A DNA stretch of 64,000 nt from Glycera tridactyla. Lineage: Eukaryota. The translations under genes were made by a program, and so were the position numbers. Location: assembly GCA_965644265.1 (NCBI GenBank), contig OZ286463.1:107694001-107758000 (forward strand). The letters are read 5' to 3'. Below the pieces are notes generated by a model, which ran no database searches, had not been told where the DNA came from, and worked only from the letters and a program-made list of their open reading frames with translations. This document shows, piece after piece, positions 60,893 to 64,000 of this stretch (within the stretch, counting starts at the first letter, position 1; each line of letters starts with the position of its first letter).

Positions 60893-62455
60893 TATGAGAA
60901 AGTGGGATGAGGTCCATCTACCACTACTATGCTTGAGGGAGCAAATAATCCGACATGCATACTAGTGTATGTATGAGAAAGTGAACTTAGGTCCAGGTAG
61001 CAATCGGTGTATGAAACTGATCAGACTATTATGTAACACAGCCAAGAACAAAAGAGTCACCGGGAGAGCCTTCCCCCAACAATGAAAGGACAGCCAAGTG
61101 AATGTGTCTATTTCGGAGGGGTCTTACACAATCCAGACAGAGTTAATGAGTTCTGCTGTCTCAAAAAAATCCAAACTCACAAATGAAAAAGTCTTCTTTT
61201 ACCTCAAAATTACCCAATTATATGGGATTGAATGTGGAAAATAATGCTACAGAGTTGTTGTCCAATTACTAATACAAATGTATACCAAATTTCAAGATTG
61301 TAGGTGCGATATTAACCGAGTTAGGCCTCAGTGAAAAACTTGTACGCAAAACTTTAACCAAAAAGTTTACGTTCTACGAAGTGATAGCCGGACAGACGGA
61401 CAGACGGACAGACGGACAGACGGACAGACGCAACCAAACAGACAGACCACCTGCATCATTACATAGACTCGCATTTTGCTTCGCATGCGAGCCAAAAACC
61501 AGGAAATATACTAGAGGTAGGCATACTCACTCTGGAACACCAGGAAAGATACTGCAGGTAGGCATACAGACTCAATATTCAGTCTGAATGAACTTTCAAA
61601 GATTCTGTGGCTCTCCCAAAGTATCCTAAACACAGGGAGCCATCTCTTGATGACAAGAGTTAGATATGATGGTTTACTGAATTATTTTGAGTAATGTTAC
61701 ATGTGAAATTCTGTCTTTATCATTACTCCGAATTTGTGATGGTTGGAGACTGGTGTTCAATAACTCATTTCACATGTTAACAACTAACGACCTAAAATGC
61801 ACCGAACACTGTTCTCTGGAATAGATCAAGAACTAGACCTCATCTTTTTAATCACAAAATATGCTTTCATTATGATATAATAAGCTGATACCATTGCTCA
61901 GAATGAATGCAATGAATGTTCAATGGCGGCAGGTTGGTATTTTTGAGAAGGCAGACAGATTCCAAATCTACCTGTTCACTGGATGTGTAGATCTTAGACA
62001 TCTTTCCATACCGTGTGAATTTTCAACAGTTGCAAGCCATAATGTTCAAGATGACTTATCCTTAATTGAAAGACATAATTGGCTCAAAATGTAGCTAGTG
62101 AATAGAGATAGTCAATACCAGAGCTTACAATTTAGACATGATTTCTTTGGTGAAGACACACAAAGGGAACATGAGCAGGATTTGCATTCCAGTTTTTTTA
62201 TTCTATTGTCACACATATCAATGTTTGAAAGTGTATCAAGAATATCTAGGTGGTGGCAACTAAGATTTCTGCGAGTGTTTGGAGCAGAGAAATCTTCTCT
62301 GCATGAAAAAAGTTTTCCATGACATGACATGTAGAAGACTCCACTTCTCAAAAGGGAATAATTTTAGGACTGAACCCAGGTCTAAAACTCCAGAACTGCT
62401 GGCTTGACGACTGAGCCTGAAAACAAGCCGAGCTATACTGAGATGCCATGTGATA

Positions 62456-62629
62456 CAGTGAAACCTGTGATGAGAGATCCCCTGAAAAGACCACCTCTGT
62501 AGGGAGACTGGTTTTGGAGGGCAGCTTGCTTATTTGTAATTGTCTGATGCACCTCTAACAAGAGACCACCTCTTTTGAGGGACCACTTTTATTGACATTT
62601 AGGGTGATCTCACATCACAGGGTTCACTC
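62456..62629. mobile_element. TA-target MITE, 'GAGAGACCACC' family
   Basis: Reads TA|CAGTGAAACCTG...CAGGGTTCACTC|TA. Confidence 0.78.
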
Positions 62630-63466
62630 TAGACCCAAGACATGGAAGGTGGAATGACATGGAAATCACACGCACAAAATGAGTCATTCTAGATGGGGAG
62701 AAGCAATGACTGTTGCCGGAATTGCAAGGATGGTCGTGCAACGGCAAGACCAACACAGGATTGCATAACACTAATGGACTGGAGTGACCAATACAAACAG
62801 TTTTCTTTGCTGGCCATACACCCAGCAGGCCAGAATGACACACTCTACCCACATCCTACTAGAAGTTTAGTTAACACACCCATTGCCCAAGTCTCCTCTC
62901 TGCCCTAGTGTCAACATCATTCTAAACTATCGACTGACCCTTAGTGTAGATTTGAAGCAGTGACACTCGGCCAATGGAAGTCCATTACTCTGAACCGAGA
63001 GACCCCGAACCAAACCACTCCGGCAATGGCGAATTACAAACCTTAGAAACTGGTACTTTTGTAACACTGGAGCGTGATTTTGATTGATCTATTGTATGGT
63101 TAGGAGGTATTCTATGTGGTTGGTTTGTGGTCACTTATCCAGCCAAACCAGCTAGGGAGGCCACCTCTATACAAAGACCACCTGCCTACAAAGGCCAGTT
63201 TTTATGGGACAGAGGGTGGTCTTTGTAGATAGGTTTGCTTGTATTGCAACAGCTGACCTAGGAACTTTGTTCCTAGACCTGAAGCCTTGTCTTGTCTTGT
63301 GCTTGATATGTCACAGAATCCCATCTCAGTATAACCTCGATGAGGATGCTTATGGAAACAGTTTGAGAAGTCCGGACTTGTAGGCCTCAAGTGATGGAGC
63401 ATCCAACTTTCATAGATCAGGAACACAAAGGCATAGATAATCATTTGGGTTGATACATGCTGTCAA

Positions 63467-64000
63467 AGGCTGGTGGGTGAGTGACAGGCCAGGGCCGACT
63501 GGTGGGTGAGTGACAGGCCAGGGCAGGCTGATGGGTGAGTGACAGGCCAGGGCAGGCTGGTGGGTGAGTGACAGGCCAGGGCCGGCTGGTGGGTGACAAG
63601 CCAGGGTAGGCTGGTGGGTGAGTGACAAGCCAGGGCTGAATGGTGAGCGAGTGACAGGCCAGGGCAGGCTGGTGGGTGAGTGACAAGCCAGGGCTGAATG
63701 GTGAGCGAGTGACAGGCCAGGGCAGGCTGGTGGGTGAGTGACAAGCCCTGAGTGACAAGCCAGGGTAGGCTGGGGGGTGAGTGACAGGCCAGGGCAGGCT
63801 GGTGGGTGAGTGACAAGCCAGGGCCGGCTAGTGGGTGAGTGACAAGCCAGGACAGGCTGGTGGGTGAGTGACAAGCCAGGACAGGCTGGTGGGCGAGTGA
63901 CAAGCCAGGGCAGGCTGGTGGGTGAGTGACAAGCCAGGACAGGCTGGTGGGTGAGTGACTGCAGGCTGGTGGGTGAGTGATGGCAGGCTGGTGGGTGAGT
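63467..64000. repeat. 29-bp minisatellite running off the window end
   Basis: Unit ggccagggcaggctggtgggtgagtgaca. Confidence 0.93.

Larger units (their letters stand above)
59102..61499 (+). mobile_element. outer pearl/HINE-type element (composite)
   Basis: AACAAGG start; subterminal IR GGCTCGCATGC / GCATGCGAGCC; (GACA/GACG)n and 3' hairpin at 61389-61495; the same minisatellite flanks both ends. Confidence 0.75.
58835..61575. repeat. 41-bp minisatellite split by a 2.4-kb insertion
   Basis: Unit ggaaatatactacaggtaggcatactgactctggaacacca at 58835-59101, resuming at 61500-61575. Confidence 0.85.

Noticed and set aside
63410-63903. Three overlapping minus-strand ORFs
   Set aside because: Translations of the 29-bp minisatellite.

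Overview
This is repeat-dense animal (metazoan) genomic DNA. It is probably from a marine invertebrate/lophotrochozoan, an inference from its repeat families only. There are six assembly gaps (2015-2163, 3526-3947, 14735-14878, 24562-24881, 52973-53255, 58507-58700). I cannot support any host protein-coding gene; the window looks intergenic or intronic. It contains: (1) several 5'-truncated Penelope-like retroelement (PLE) 3' ends. One (56222-56789) has an intact GIY-YIG endonuclease frame followed by a minimal type-I hammerhead ribozyme with a variant core. (2) The terminal exon and right end of a hAT-like (hATm-type) transposase. (3) A tRNA-derived SINE family whose head carries an intron-sized insert and which sits in (GT)n tracts. 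(4) Pearl/HINE-type (Helentron-associated) elements with 147, 157 and ~171 bp tandem cores, one of them a nested composite that splits a minisatellite. (5) Many TA-target (Tc1/mariner/pogo-like) and CAG-ended (hAT-like) MITEs. (6) An L2/CR1-type LINE 3' end. (7) Several mini- and microsatellites, some with higher-order structure. Most long ORFs in the supplied track are artefacts of tandem repeats or N runs. All calls were made by eye; no database searches were run.
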